Shown here: positions 1 through 9,131 of the stretch, piece after piece
How positions within the stretch are numbered: the first letter of the stretch is position 1
Layout of the letters: each line of letters opens with the position of its first letter
Assembly (NCBI GenBank): GCA_002780235.1
Contig: PEVO01000025.1
Coordinates: 305 to 39,139 of the forward strand
Reading direction: 5' to 3'
DNA length: 38,835 bases
DNA from: Candidatus Berkelbacteria bacterium CG06_land_8_20_14_3_00_43_10
GTDB taxonomy: Bacteria; Patescibacteriota; UBA1384; GWA2-35-9; CG2-30-43-20
Translations under genes and position numbers: made by a program
The notes under the pieces: model-generated
Databases searched by the model: none
What the model saw: the letters and a program-made list of their open reading frames with translations, nothing else
What the model was told of the DNA's origin: nothing

Positions 1-84
1 GCTCAAATGTGTGGTGACTGCACCAGAAAGTCCCCATTCCTCCAGACATCGTGGGATTTCTGTATGATAGGCTTGTTCAAACAT
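1..84 (-). CDS. partial hypothetical protein (first 28 codons, continues off the left edge)
   Basis: ATG at 84-82 (minus) opens a frame (MFEQAYHTEIPRCLEEWGLSGAVTTHLS) that stays open to the window edge. It lies 11 nt after the stop of the 96..479 gene. No clear SD. Confidence 0.25.
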   Translation of the reverse strand, partial: MFEQAYHTEIPRCLEEWGLSGAVTTHLS

Positions 85-95
85 CTTAGTATGCG

Positions 96-479
96 TTATG
101 ACACCCCATTGATGCCAGTTTGGTTCGTGTTCACGGTAATCATCAGGGTTCTCGGCATATTTTTATTTTTTTCTTGAGAAAGATCGAGCGCTTCACGCAC
201 CAGATCACTCGCCATTGCCGGTAGTTTATCCCACAAAGATGCGACTATTTCGTGAGCTTCCTTTTGCTTTGGTGTTGTAACCGTCTCTTGACCATACCCA
301 CCTGCCCGCATTCCATCGGCGCCCGCTTCTTTTTGGGGAGTTCCTGGTGTGTTGTAAAAATGATCTCGTGCTTGGTCAAGTTGCGCTTTGGATTGTGCTA
401 ACTGATCCTCAAGTGGCAGATCTGCGCGATCTCTCAATTCTGGTGTGGGCTGTCCAGTTCCCAAAGGTTTGATATCCAT
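96..479 (-). CDS. hypothetical protein
   Basis: 127-aa ORF with an AAGGAG SD 4 nt upstream of the ATG. No motif recognised. Confidence 0.6.
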   Translation of the reverse strand: MDIKPLGTGQPTPELRDRADLPLEDQLAQSKAQLDQARDHFYNTPGTPQKEAGADGMRAGGYGQETVTTPKQKEAHEIVASLWDKLPAMASDLVREALDLSQEKNKNMPRTLMITVNTNQTGINGVS

Positions 480-530
480 AGTTACTCCTTGTATTTAATA
501 GTATAACATTCACACCATCATCACAATGGT

Positions 531-572
531 TTATTACAAAACAAAACACGGGCAAATGGAGTTATACCCGTG
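531..572 (-). terminator. intrinsic terminator downstream of rnj
   Basis: Hairpin CACGGG-N14-CCCGTG (547-572), followed on the minus strand by TTTTGTTTTG. Confidence 0.5.
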
Positions 573-776
573 CTGTAGTTTGTGTGACCTTACTCTGCTT
601 CTGTACTACGTTTTTAAGTTTTCTGACTTCTTCCCCCCCATAATACTTAATACATAATACATAATACTCCCCCCTACACCTCTATCACAACAGGTATGAC
701 CACCCCACTTCGCTCAAGCTACGCGGGGCGAGAATAAGACAACACCTGTAATCGTTGACAGTAAACCAAGTTATAC

Positions 777-2756
777 TTAAACCTCAATTACTACTGGTAT
801 GACCATAGGGCGGCGTTGGGTTTTTTCGAACAAGAACTCGCCCACGTGGTCGCGGATCATACGTTTTGCTAGGTCCCATTGCAGTGGGTAGCGGTCGTTA
901 TGGTTTGCAAAGATGCGTTTAATCTCGCTGCGCGCTTCATTGACCAAATCTTCTCGTTCACGCATGTAGATAAACCCACGCGATATAATATCGGGCGAGG
1001 TTACCAATTTACCGGTTTGTCTGTCTACGGTCAGAATCAGCACAAAGATACCATCTTTTGCCATTGCTTGGCGGTCGCGCAAGACGATCGCGCCAACATC
1101 CCCAATGCCGAGTCCATCGACAAGGATTGCGCCTGCCTGGACCTTTACGTCGCTTCGAGTTACTTTTTTATCTTTTAAGAGAACTACCTGCCCGTTTTCT
1201 ATCACAAACGTGTGGTCTGGCTCGACACCGAGCTTAATGGCAAGTTGTGCATGTCTGCGCAACATATAGTATTCACCATGTTGTGGGATAAAGTTATGGG
1301 GTTTGGTGATAGAAAGTAATAATTTAAGTTCTTCTATATGCGCGTGCCCAGAAACGTGGACGTCAACTTCATTGCCAGAATAGACCATCGCGCCTCGGCG
1401 AAACAGATTGTTGATCGTTTCGTTGACCGCGTTTTCGTTCCCTTGAATCGGCGATGCGGAGATGATCACCGTATCACTTTTTCTAATTTTAATATGGCGG
1501 TGTTCGCCCGATGCGATACGCACTAATCCGGAGTATTCCTCCCCTTGCGCGCCTGTTGAGAGCACCGTAATCTGGTCATCGGGGATACTCCCGATACGAC
1601 GCAGATCAACCAAAAGCCCTTCCGGCGCTTTCAAATATCCGAGCTCCATAGCGATCTGGATATTCTTTTCCATCGATCGACCGGAAATAGCAACTTTACG
1701 GTGGAACTTAACCGATGCGTTAAAGATCTGCTGGATTCTGTTGATAAGAGAGCTAAACATGGCGACGATGATCCGCCCTTGCGATTCCTTAAATATCTTT
1801 TCGTAACTTTCTGCAACCAGCTGTTCTGATGGAGTGTAGCCGGGTCTCGTGACGTTGGTTGATTCGCCAAGCATCAGGTCGATACCCTCGCGCCCGAGTT
1901 CAGAAAATCGTGCGATATCGGTTACTTGTCCGTTCCACAGTGGTGTATGGTCAATTTTCCAGTCAGGGACATGGAGTATTCGTCCTTCATCGGTATCGAT
2001 ACAAAGCGCCATATCATCGGGAATAGAGTGGGCGACACGAACAAATTCTATTTTAAATGCACCAAGGTGTAATGTGTTGCCGGGTTTGACGACAGAGATT
2101 TTGGGGTTTTGCATCCCTGTTTCTTGGAGTTTAAACTTAATCATCCCTGCGGTCAGATCGCCCGCATACATCGTCACTTCTTCGAACTGTTTGGGGATGA
2201 TAAACGGGACACTACCGATATGGTCTTCGTGTCCATGGGTAAAGATCCACCCTTTAATACGTTTTTTGTTTTCTATAAGGTAGCGGACATCGGGGATAAC
2301 CAAGTCGATACCAAGGAGCCCTTCGTCGGGGATCATCATCCCACAGTCAACAACGATGATATCGTCTTTATAGTCGTAGACTAAGATATTCTTGCCGATC
2401 TCGCCAAAACCACCCAGCGGGATTATTTTGACGCAATCATGGGGGAGTGGACCGGTCTGGAGCGGTCTGTCTGTTGTCTGCGATGTGGTGGTAAGGATTG
2501 ATTCATCGACCTTTCCCCCGTTATTTCTGGATTGATCGCGTCTGCGGGGCGCACTTCTGCCGCCAGCGTGTCTGGGCGCATGGGTTGGGCGCTCTGGCAT
2601 AGGTTTCTTGATGATCACTTGTTTGCCGGGCATCGCATGTGCTGCCATAATCGGCTTTGGTTTATACACAGAAACAGTGCCGCTGGTAGGCGGGTGTATC
2701 GGTGTTGGCGACGCGGTGCCAGCGTGTGCCGGTTGCGTCGGAGATTCTTGAACCAT
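777..2756 (-). CDS. rnj: ribonuclease J
   Basis: 659-aa ORF with metallo-beta-lactamase motif FTHGHEDHIGS and RNase J-like domain order. The first ~105 codons are a Pro/Thr/Arg-rich low-complexity extension, so the true start may be internal. Confidence 0.9.
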   Translation of the reverse strand: MVQESPTQPAHAGTASPTPIHPPTSGTVSVYKPKPIMAAHAMPGKQVIIKKPMPERPTHAPRHAGGRSAPRRRDQSRNNGGKVDESILTTTSQTTDRPLQTGPLPHDCVKIIPLGGFGEIGKNILVYDYKDDIIVVDCGMMIPDEGLLGIDLVIPDVRYLIENKKRIKGWIFTHGHEDHIGSVPFIIPKQFEEVTMYAGDLTAGMIKFKLQETGMQNPKISVVKPGNTLHLGAFKIEFVRVAHSIPDDMALCIDTDEGRILHVPDWKIDHTPLWNGQVTDIARFSELGREGIDLMLGESTNVTRPGYTPSEQLVAESYEKIFKESQGRIIVAMFSSLINRIQQIFNASVKFHRKVAISGRSMEKNIQIAMELGYLKAPEGLLVDLRRIGSIPDDQITVLSTGAQGEEYSGLVRIASGEHRHIKIRKSDTVIISASPIQGNENAVNETINNLFRRGAMVYSGNEVDVHVSGHAHIEELKLLLSITKPHNFIPQHGEYYMLRRHAQLAIKLGVEPDHTFVIENGQVVLLKDKKVTRSDVKVQAGAILVDGLGIGDVGAIVLRDRQAMAKDGIFVLILTVDRQTGKLVTSPDIISRGFIYMREREDLVNEARSEIKRIFANHNDRYPLQWDLAKRMIRDHVGEFLFEKTQRRPMVIPVVIEV

Positions 2757-2949
2757 TGTGTTTTTTTCCTTTCTTCAATGGTAACGCGTTAAAGAACAGC
2801 GTTACCTTAAAATTGTGTAATTATACTAAAAGAGATGTATTGAATAGTTCACAAAAATTGTTATTGAGAGTTTTCCCCTTGAGAACGTATCGCTAAATCT
2901 ACAGTTATGATACCATAGATATACATAAAAGTCAAGTGGCTTAGGGAGG

Positions 2950-3972
2950 TTGATGCGTAAGATTCTTTCACGAATTTTGGTTATTGCGGTTGTTATCGGT
3001 GTGTCACTCTTTGTTTTGCAAAAAGCGGGGCAGTTTGGGGAGACATTGTTGGCGCTACGCGATGCAAATGCATGGATGCTTATCCCTGCGATTATACTGA
3101 CGGTTGCCTATATCGCCATTCAATCCCGCGTTTTACATGCAAGTTTACATTTAACAGGGACAAAGATACCCTATCGGCATGCAGTTCGTCTCTGGCTCGG
3201 TTCTCATTTTGTCAACGCAATGGTGCCAAGCGGTTTCTTCTCGGGGATGACATATCTGTTGCTTAAGGGGAAAAAGTGGCAACCGCATAAAATATCACTT
3301 GTCATCGGAATTATCGTATCGATATTTGCTGCCTATATTGCGATACTTTCGCTCTTCTTTGGCGGTGCCTTTTTGCATGTATTAAACCCAGATCAGAGTG
3401 TTGCGGTTAAAATAGCGGCAGAAACGCTCGCGGTTGTTGTTGGACTTCTTGTTGTCGCATCACTTCTGTTAGTAGAACATTTTAGCGCGCTTCTATCGTT
3501 TGTGCGCAGAGCGCACAGATTTATTCGCAAGGTATTTTCGCGTAAATCTAAGGTGCTTGATATAGAAAATCCGTTTGAACAGGTTAATTCTGTTCTCACC
3601 ACGCTCCATAAGCGGTGGGTTGATCTGTTAGAACCGATAGGTGATGCGCTGTTAACCCATGCAATCGGTCTTGGCATACTCTTATCTGCATTTTGGTCGT
3701 TAGGGTATCCGGTCCCACCATCGACCCTGCTGACGGGCTATGTTGTTGGTGTGCTGCTTTCTATCGTATCAATCACACCCGATGGTCTGGGTTTTGTCGA
3801 GGTCGCGGTCCCGCTTGTTTTTGTCAGTTTTGGTGTGCCTGTGCCCATTGCAACAGCAGCAACCCTTATCTGGAGGATCTGTACGTTCTGGGCGGTGCTG
3901 GGGTTTGGTGGCGTTGCGTTTAGGAGTCTAGAGAAAGATCGTCATCACTCGGGAGTTCGAGCGGGCGAGTAG
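2950..3972 (+). CDS. flippase-like / lysylphosphatidylglycerol-synthase TM-region family membrane protein
   Basis: 340 aa with about 8 hydrophobic helices. GGGAGG SD at 2944-2949 precedes TTG 2950 / ATG 2953. Family assignment rests on overall resemblance only. Confidence 0.5.
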   Translation: MMRKILSRILVIAVVIGVSLFVLQKAGQFGETLLALRDANAWMLIPAIILTVAYIAIQSRVLHASLHLTGTKIPYRHAVRLWLGSHFVNAMVPSGFFSGMTYLLLKGKKWQPHKISLVIGIIVSIFAAYIAILSLFFGGAFLHVLNPDQSVAVKIAAETLAVVVGLLVVASLLLVEHFSALLSFVRRAHRFIRKVFSRKSKVLDIENPFEQVNSVLTTLHKRWVDLLEPIGDALLTHAIGLGILLSAFWSLGYPVPPSTLLTGYVVGVLLSIVSITPDGLGFVEVAVPLVFVSFGVPVPIATAATLIWRICTFWAVLGFGGVAFRSLEKDRHHSGVRAGE

Positions 3973-5146
3973 ATCGTGTATATTCTTTTTTAATACTGTC
4001 GATAATCGTTCTCGTTTGTTCGTGTAAGTTGCCTGCCCGTGGTTGTTCAAACGCGGCTGCTTGTGTATGTCCACCACCGCCAAAGATATGCGCGAGCGCC
4101 GACACATCTACCGATGGCGCGATGGCACGCATACTGGCGTGGAGCGTATTGCCATTTGTTGGCGATCGGCGTTCCGAAATGAGGAGTGCAAAGTCGACAT
4201 CGGGGGTGCTTTTGAGCAGTTCATCAATGACGCCGGTCAACTCTGCGGGTGTTGCGCCAACAGCGTCCAGTTCTTCAATGCTGACGGCTGACCAGACACA
4301 CGGTGGATTTGCCTCGAGTGTGATGTTCGATAACACCGTTCCCCAGAGTTTAAGTGTGGTGAGCGGTTTGGTCTTAAAGAGCCGTTTAATGATCTCTTGT
4401 TGGCGTGCACCGGCACCGACCAACTGCGCGGCAACAGTAAACGATTTGGGGGTTGTCGATGCGTTTTGGAACGACCCGGTATCGGTAATTATTCCCGTGA
4501 GCAGATAGGTCGCCACATCGTCGGTAAGTAGTTTTGTGTTGTTGCTCGCACTCATCGATTCCAGAAGTGAAACGAGTATCTCGCAGGTCGACGTTGCGGT
4601 CAGATCAACCCAGTTAATTTTGCCAAAATGGTCATTGCTCGCATGATGATCGATGTTGATGACCGGCGTTTCAAAAAAGATCTGGGTGTAATCGTCGTAG
4701 AGCGCGCCAAGGCGTTCGATATCGGGGACATCGAGCGCTATGACAGCGTCAAAATGCGGGAGATTAGAGGAGAACGATACGTTTTCTTTACGCAAAAGTC
4801 CGCGCGAGGGGGTGACGACAATACTTAACTTTTTTGCTGTTTTATCGTGTTTATAGCCGAGTTTGAGTTCGCCTTCACTCGATTGCGTTGTATCGATGGT
4901 GATGATAAACTCGCGCCCGCCATCGAGCGTGCTTTTAATGTCTTTAAGGTGTGGTAGGAACGAAAAGAGTGCGCTGATTTCGCCATTACAGACCATGGTT
5001 ACCGTTTTACCGATAGCACTAAGCGATTGACCGAGCGCCAAAAGCGACCCTATGGCGTCGCCATCGGGGTTTTTATGCGTGGTGACTAAAATAGTCTGCG
5101 CTTGTTTGATGAGCTCAATCGTCTGCTGTTTTGGGGTCAGTTCCAC
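3920..5146 (-). CDS. nrnA: DHH-family phosphoesterase, NrnA-like (oligoribonuclease / pAp phosphatase)
   Basis: 408 aa with DGDAIGS, NIDHHASN (DHH) and GGGGH (DHHA1) motifs. GTG start preceded by AAGGA. Confidence 0.75.
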   Translation of the reverse strand: MELTPKQQTIELIKQAQTILVTTHKNPDGDAIGSLLALGQSLSAIGKTVTMVCNGEISALFSFLPHLKDIKSTLDGGREFIITIDTTQSSEGELKLGYKHDKTAKKLSIVVTPSRGLLRKENVSFSSNLPHFDAVIALDVPDIERLGALYDDYTQIFFETPVINIDHHASNDHFGKINWVDLTATSTCEILVSLLESMSASNNTKLLTDDVATYLLTGIITDTGSFQNASTTPKSFTVAAQLVGAGARQQEIIKRLFKTKPLTTLKLWGTVLSNITLEANPPCVWSAVSIEELDAVGATPAELTGVIDELLKSTPDVDFALLISERRSPTNGNTLHASMRAIAPSVDVSALAHIFGGGGHTQAAAFEQPRAGNLHEQTRTIIDSIKKEYTRSTRPLELPSDDDLSLDS

Positions 5147-5234
5147 TCAATTCCTTTCTCCCCGCCTTAAGAGAGTAATTGTAGCAGAAAGCGGTGCGTG
5201 ATGTCAATAATGTTACATTTTTGAAATTTGATTT

Positions 5235-5263
5235 TTGACATTTAATCTCCGATATGGTAATAT
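5235..5263 (+). promoter_or_regulatory. rpsT promoter, predicted leaderless
   Basis: TTGACA (5235-5240), a 17-nt spacer, TAATAT (5258-5263), then only 6 nt to the ATG at 5270. No SD. Confidence 0.5.
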
Positions 5264-5269
5264 CGGCTC

Positions 5270-5605
5270 ATGCCTATCACAAAATCAGCTAAAAAATCAC
5301 TTCGGGTATCGCAAACAAAACAAGCGCACAACACCAAAATACGTATCGCGCTTGAAATTGGGTTAAAAAAAGCAACCAAAGAGACGTTTTCTGGCGTCGT
5401 ATCTATTATCGATAAAGCGGCAAAACGCCACGTTATCCATAAAAACAAAGCCGCGCGGCTCAAAAGCCAACTGGTAAAACGGCTTGCCATAACAAAGCCA
5501 GAACCGCGTGCAACAAAAACGCAAACGGTTGCAAAAACAAAAAGTTCTCCAAAAACAAAAGTAAAAAAGACTGTTACTAAAAAAGCAACTGCCAAAAAAG
5601 CATAA
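5270..5605 (+). CDS. rpsT: 30S ribosomal protein S20 with Lys-rich C-terminal tail
   Basis: Contains IDKAAKRHVIHKNKAARLKSQL, typical of S20. The last ~25 residues are a K/T/A-rich extension. Confidence 0.9.
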   Translation: MPITKSAKKSLRVSQTKQAHNTKIRIALEIGLKKATKETFSGVVSIIDKAAKRHVIHKNKAARLKSQLVKRLAITKPEPRATKTQTVAKTKSSPKTKVKKTVTKKATAKKA

Positions 5606-5614
5606 GGAGTCGTG

Positions 5615-6181
5615 ATGGATCAAATAGGAGGGAGCAAATGGGGGAATTCGCTCACTGTTGTATTTTCTTTGGCAAAATGGATCGTTTTGTTCCTTGTCGC
5701 GCTCCTGCTCATCCATCTATTTGTCGCAACCATCTTTATGGTCGACGGTCCATCTATGGAACCGACGCTCTACACAAAACAGATAATGCTGGTCAACCGC
5801 TTGGCATACCTTACCAATACCCCTAAACGGGGTGATGTGGTGGTAATGCGCTTCCCCGGAGATCCGGTTAAAAGCCGGTATGTTAAACGCATTGTCGGGA
5901 TGCCAAACGATGATATTGCTATCCACGATGGCGCAATCTATATCAATAATAAAGCGCTTATTGAACCATACATCCCATTTGAAACGTATACTGATACGTC
6001 AAATATTACATCAGCACACCTCAAAGCAAACGAATACTTTCTTGTCGGCGATCACCGCGAGGTGAGTAGCGATTCGCGCATCTGGGGACCGGCGCGCAAA
6101 GAAGATCTCATCGGAAGAACAACATTTATCCTCTTTCCTTTTGGCGAAGCTGGCTACATCCCTCACGCATATTATAAGTAG
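5615..6181 (+). CDS. lepB: signal peptidase I
   Basis: S26 motifs GPSMEPTL, KRIVGMPND and GDHREVSSDSR plus an N-terminal TM helix. AAGGAG lies 5 nt upstream of ATG 5615; an in-frame GTG sits at 5612. Confidence 0.9.
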   Translation: MDQIGGSKWGNSLTVVFSLAKWIVLFLVALLLIHLFVATIFMVDGPSMEPTLYTKQIMLVNRLAYLTNTPKRGDVVVMRFPGDPVKSRYVKRIVGMPNDDIAIHDGAIYINNKALIEPYIPFETYTDTSNITSAHLKANEYFLVGDHREVSSDSRIWGPARKEDLIGRTTFILFPFGEAGYIPHAYYK

Positions 6182-6263
6182 ATCTCACTGTTTAGACTTT
6201 CGATCCGATACCTAATACCCTATTATTCGCTTCCGGGTAAGATATTAAACTTGCTCTACGAAA

Positions 6264-6301
6264 TTACACCACTAGTGCGCATATGCGCACTAGTGGTGTA
6301 A
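6264..6301. terminator. perfect 38-nt palindrome, probable bidirectional terminator
   Basis: TTACACCACTAGTGCGCAT|ATGCGCACTAGTGGTGTAA lies between convergent lepB and the DUF2207-like gene. Confidence 0.55.
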
Positions 6302-6398
6302 AACTATAATCCAAACCTTATATCTTTATATCTTCACTCAACATTCAACAACTTTATAATCGAGTGCACAAAGTCGAACAATATAAGATGCGAATGTT

Positions 6399-7937
6399 TT
6401 AGTCGATCGTTGGTGTGCGGGCAAGCGAGAGCGTTGACCCAAGCCAGTTGATCAGCGGAAAGAGTTCTGCGTCAAACTGTTCTATGGTGTGGTATTCGGT
6501 ATCTGTCACAATCCATTCGGGTATGGTAAACGGGTGTAAACGGAACCGCGCGGTCCACTGTTTTTCTACCCCCATCGCGATCGCATAGGGGAGATATCGT
6601 TCAAAATAATCTGCTTCGTCTTGCTGATAGGGCAGTTCGTGTGGATCAGATAAAAACGCTTTAAATGCCAACCAGTCACGATACGCTTTTTTACCCGTAT
6701 CACTCAAGATGGGAAGTTTTGGTGCGAGCGATATTATCGCCAATGCTGACAATATCATACCTACCCACACGAGTGCTGTTTTTGGGTCGGGGAAAAACCT
6801 AATGCCAAAGATAAACCCGCCAAAACCGATGAAAAAGAGAAGAATACCAAAAACCTTAAATCTCCGGTGATACGCCCCCGGGTCTTGGATAAAATAGTTT
6901 TTTTGCGTGACGATACCGTAGATCCCTGAATAAAAGTGTGCTATTTTTTCTGAAAACATGCGATGTCCCACGCGCAGAGTAATGCTTGAGCGGTCAGCGA
7001 CAACTTGATCCTGTGAAAAGAGTTTAGAGAGTAACAGCCGCTCGAATAACTGTATATCCGTATTGTCGTGCACACTCGCGACTGCTTGGAGAATTGCCCG
7101 CACTTCGTCTTTTTCTGACTTTTCTTTGAGATCGATCTGGCTGGGAAGCGCAAATGTATGGTATCTCCCGATACGAAAATCACCTTCATCGTGTTGGTTG
7201 ACCATTATATATTTACGTCGCGCAAGGTCAATAAGCGTTGCTGCGATAGAACGCTTACTCAAATGTCCGTAAAGGAGCGCTTCCACCGCTGCAGGGGGCA
7301 TATCACCCGGCGGTTGTGAAATAGGTTGTATGTTTGCTGCAAGTTCGCCCAGCTGTAAGCGCCGTAAGATCACAAACAGTAAGATGAGCAGAGCGATTGC
7401 AGGGAGCGCTATCGCCAAAGCAAACCACCATGTGAGCGGGCGTTCGAGGACAAACTGGGCGATCCGTTTTGAAATGGGTAGATGCAGCACACCCTTAGGA
7501 AAATCGATCTCAATAGAATACTTTGACCCGGGGTCTATCGAACTAGACAACAGTTGTATGGTGCTTTGATCACGTGTTTTTTGTTCAACACGGGTGACAC
7601 TGGTATGCACCAGTTGGGGGATAACAGTGAGCGATGCAATCGACGTGTTTGGAGGGAGATGCAGTGTCACGCTCGATGAGGGGATATTATCAGTTGGTTT
7701 ATCAAGAATAGGGATCTGCACGCGGTCAATATCGGATAGGGGCGTAAATATCCGATACACATCTTGTCCGTTGTTGACAACGGTCGTATCGGGGTTGATG
7801 GTCAGATCATACATAATTGGACTAGCGATCGAACCCTTATTTTGATCGGGCAGGAGGATATCTGCTTTAGATGTAACTCCTTGTTTTACAACGACGCCAC
7901 TCCAAACAAGAAGACCGATGATCGCCCAAAACGCCAT
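6399..7937 (-). CDS. DUF2207-like membrane protein
   Basis: 512 aa with an N-terminal signal/TM, ~160-aa extracytoplasmic region, central TM, cytoplasmic segment and C-terminal TM cluster. Family call is by architecture only. Confidence 0.5.
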   Translation of the reverse strand: MAFWAIIGLLVWSGVVVKQGVTSKADILLPDQNKGSIASPIMYDLTINPDTTVVNNGQDVYRIFTPLSDIDRVQIPILDKPTDNIPSSSVTLHLPPNTSIASLTVIPQLVHTSVTRVEQKTRDQSTIQLLSSSIDPGSKYSIEIDFPKGVLHLPISKRIAQFVLERPLTWWFALAIALPAIALLILLFVILRRLQLGELAANIQPISQPPGDMPPAAVEALLYGHLSKRSIAATLIDLARRKYIMVNQHDEGDFRIGRYHTFALPSQIDLKEKSEKDEVRAILQAVASVHDNTDIQLFERLLLSKLFSQDQVVADRSSITLRVGHRMFSEKIAHFYSGIYGIVTQKNYFIQDPGAYHRRFKVFGILLFFIGFGGFIFGIRFFPDPKTALVWVGMILSALAIISLAPKLPILSDTGKKAYRDWLAFKAFLSDPHELPYQQDEADYFERYLPYAIAMGVEKQWTARFRLHPFTIPEWIVTDTEYHTIEQFDAELFPLINWLGSTLSLARTPTID

Positions 7938-7983
7938 ATGTTTGTAGTAAAAGCCGATCGTTACGTTCGCGATAGACCCTCCT

Positions 7984-8078
7984 AAATAAACTCTAAACTC
8001 TAAACTCTAAACAAGTATACGCTTTTTGGAACTTTAAACTTGGAGTTTGTTTAGGGTTTAGAACTTAGAGTTTAATTT
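7984..8078. repeat. AAACTCTAAAC-type tandem repeats arranged as a long inverted repeat
   Basis: (AAACTCT)n AAAC at 7988-8012 faces GTTTGTTTAGGGTTTAGAACTTAGAGTTT at 8046-8074. The block lies immediately downstream of holA. Confidence 0.7.
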
Positions 8079-9062
8079 TTAAGTTTTGCACAGCGCAACT
8101 ACCAACATATCAAACGCTGTAACCTCGTCCATTATACCATGTTTTATCGCGCTGTCGTAGTGCGTAAACAGTCGTAGTGAACGGACAAGGTGTGTGAGCG
8201 ATGTTTTTTTGACAAAACCAAGCGATTTTGACACGACAAACGGGTGCGCTTTTATAGTTTTTGCAATGGCAAACGGTTGGGTAATCCCTGCATTGTGCGC
8301 AAGCGCAATACCGATACATGTCCTATATGTGCCCGCAAGGAGTGCAAATAACCCAAACGTATTTTCGCCTTGCAGGCGGAGTGTATCAAGGACACTCAAT
8401 GCTTTTTGTTGGTTATGTGCAACAACGCTATCGATAAGATCAAACACAACACTAGAAACTGCCGATGGCACTAACAGAGAAACTGTTTCCTTTGTAATCG
8501 ATGGATTATATGCGCGTAATGTTTCGATTGCGTTGGTGAGTCGATACAGGTCGGGTCCCGTTGTGGCGAGTAATTGGTCGCGTGCATCAGGCGTAATAGT
8601 TGCGCTACGCGTTGCCACATGATCATCGCACCATCGTCTAAGAGCAAGTGGTGTCAGTGGTTTAAAATGTTTAACAAGTGCGCTTTGAAGTAACATTTTA
8701 TATACCGTTAACCGCTTGTCACAATCGTTTGGTTCGTAGATAACGCACAATGTTGTATCGGGGATTGTTGGTAACAGATCGGGGAGTAGATCGATGATGT
8801 TTTTGTTATTAGATTCAAGAGCGCCCATTACCACAACCAGACGTTTAGGTGCGCAAAAGGGTATAGACATGCAGTGATGCTCAAGAACCTGCGGGGCAAG
8901 GGACGCACCATCAAGCACGACACAGTTCATGTCGCCATTATTTTTATCCTTGTAACGCACAATAATTTCCCGGAGTGCCTCTCCCGAGCGATATGAATCT
9001 GTTCCATAGACAAAGATGATGTTAGTCATAAAGTCTGTAAAGTCGAAAGTCTGTAAAGTCAT
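8079..9062 (-). CDS. holA: DNA polymerase III subunit delta
   Basis: 327 aa with delta-like N-terminal (IIFVYGTDSYRSGEAL) and helical C-terminal regions; the family is weakly conserved. The first 11 codons lie inside the 9-nt tandem repeat; an alternative ATG is at 9029. Confidence 0.65.
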   Translation of the reverse strand: MTLQTFDFTDFMTNIIFVYGTDSYRSGEALREIIVRYKDKNNGDMNCVVLDGASLAPQVLEHHCMSIPFCAPKRLVVVMGALESNNKNIIDLLPDLLPTIPDTTLCVIYEPNDCDKRLTVYKMLLQSALVKHFKPLTPLALRRWCDDHVATRSATITPDARDQLLATTGPDLYRLTNAIETLRAYNPSITKETVSLLVPSAVSSVVFDLIDSVVAHNQQKALSVLDTLRLQGENTFGLFALLAGTYRTCIGIALAHNAGITQPFAIAKTIKAHPFVVSKSLGFVKKTSLTHLVRSLRLFTHYDSAIKHGIMDEVTAFDMLVVALCKT

Positions 9063-9125
9063 AAAGTCGAAAGTCTATAAAATCTATAAAGTCTATAAAG
9101 TCTATAAAGTCCGTAAAGTCGAAAG
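9037..9125. repeat. tandem repeat, ~9-nt unit (TATAAAGTC / TGTAAAGTC / GAAAGTC)
   Basis: About 10 consecutive units run between the exonuclease stop and into the annotated holA start. Confidence 0.8.
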
Positions 9126-9131
9126 AGTAGT

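Noticed and set aside
879-2384. Several plus-strand ORFs of 60-144 aa lie inside the rnj locus. Similar sets lie inside nrnA, dnaB, dnaX, pnp, murE and the hydrolase genes.
   Set aside because: All lie antisense to, or out of frame within, long ORFs that have unambiguous conserved motifs. They lack SD sequences and have low-complexity, Arg/Ser/Cys-rich translations typical of shadow ORFs.
2780-2806. An 8-bp hairpin, GGTAACGC-N11-GCGTTACC, lies in the divergent region between rnj and the flippase-like gene. It could be a regulatory element of the rnj leader.
   Set aside because: It is a single short hairpin with no T-tract, no second copy and no recognisable riboswitch core. Evidence is too thin to call.
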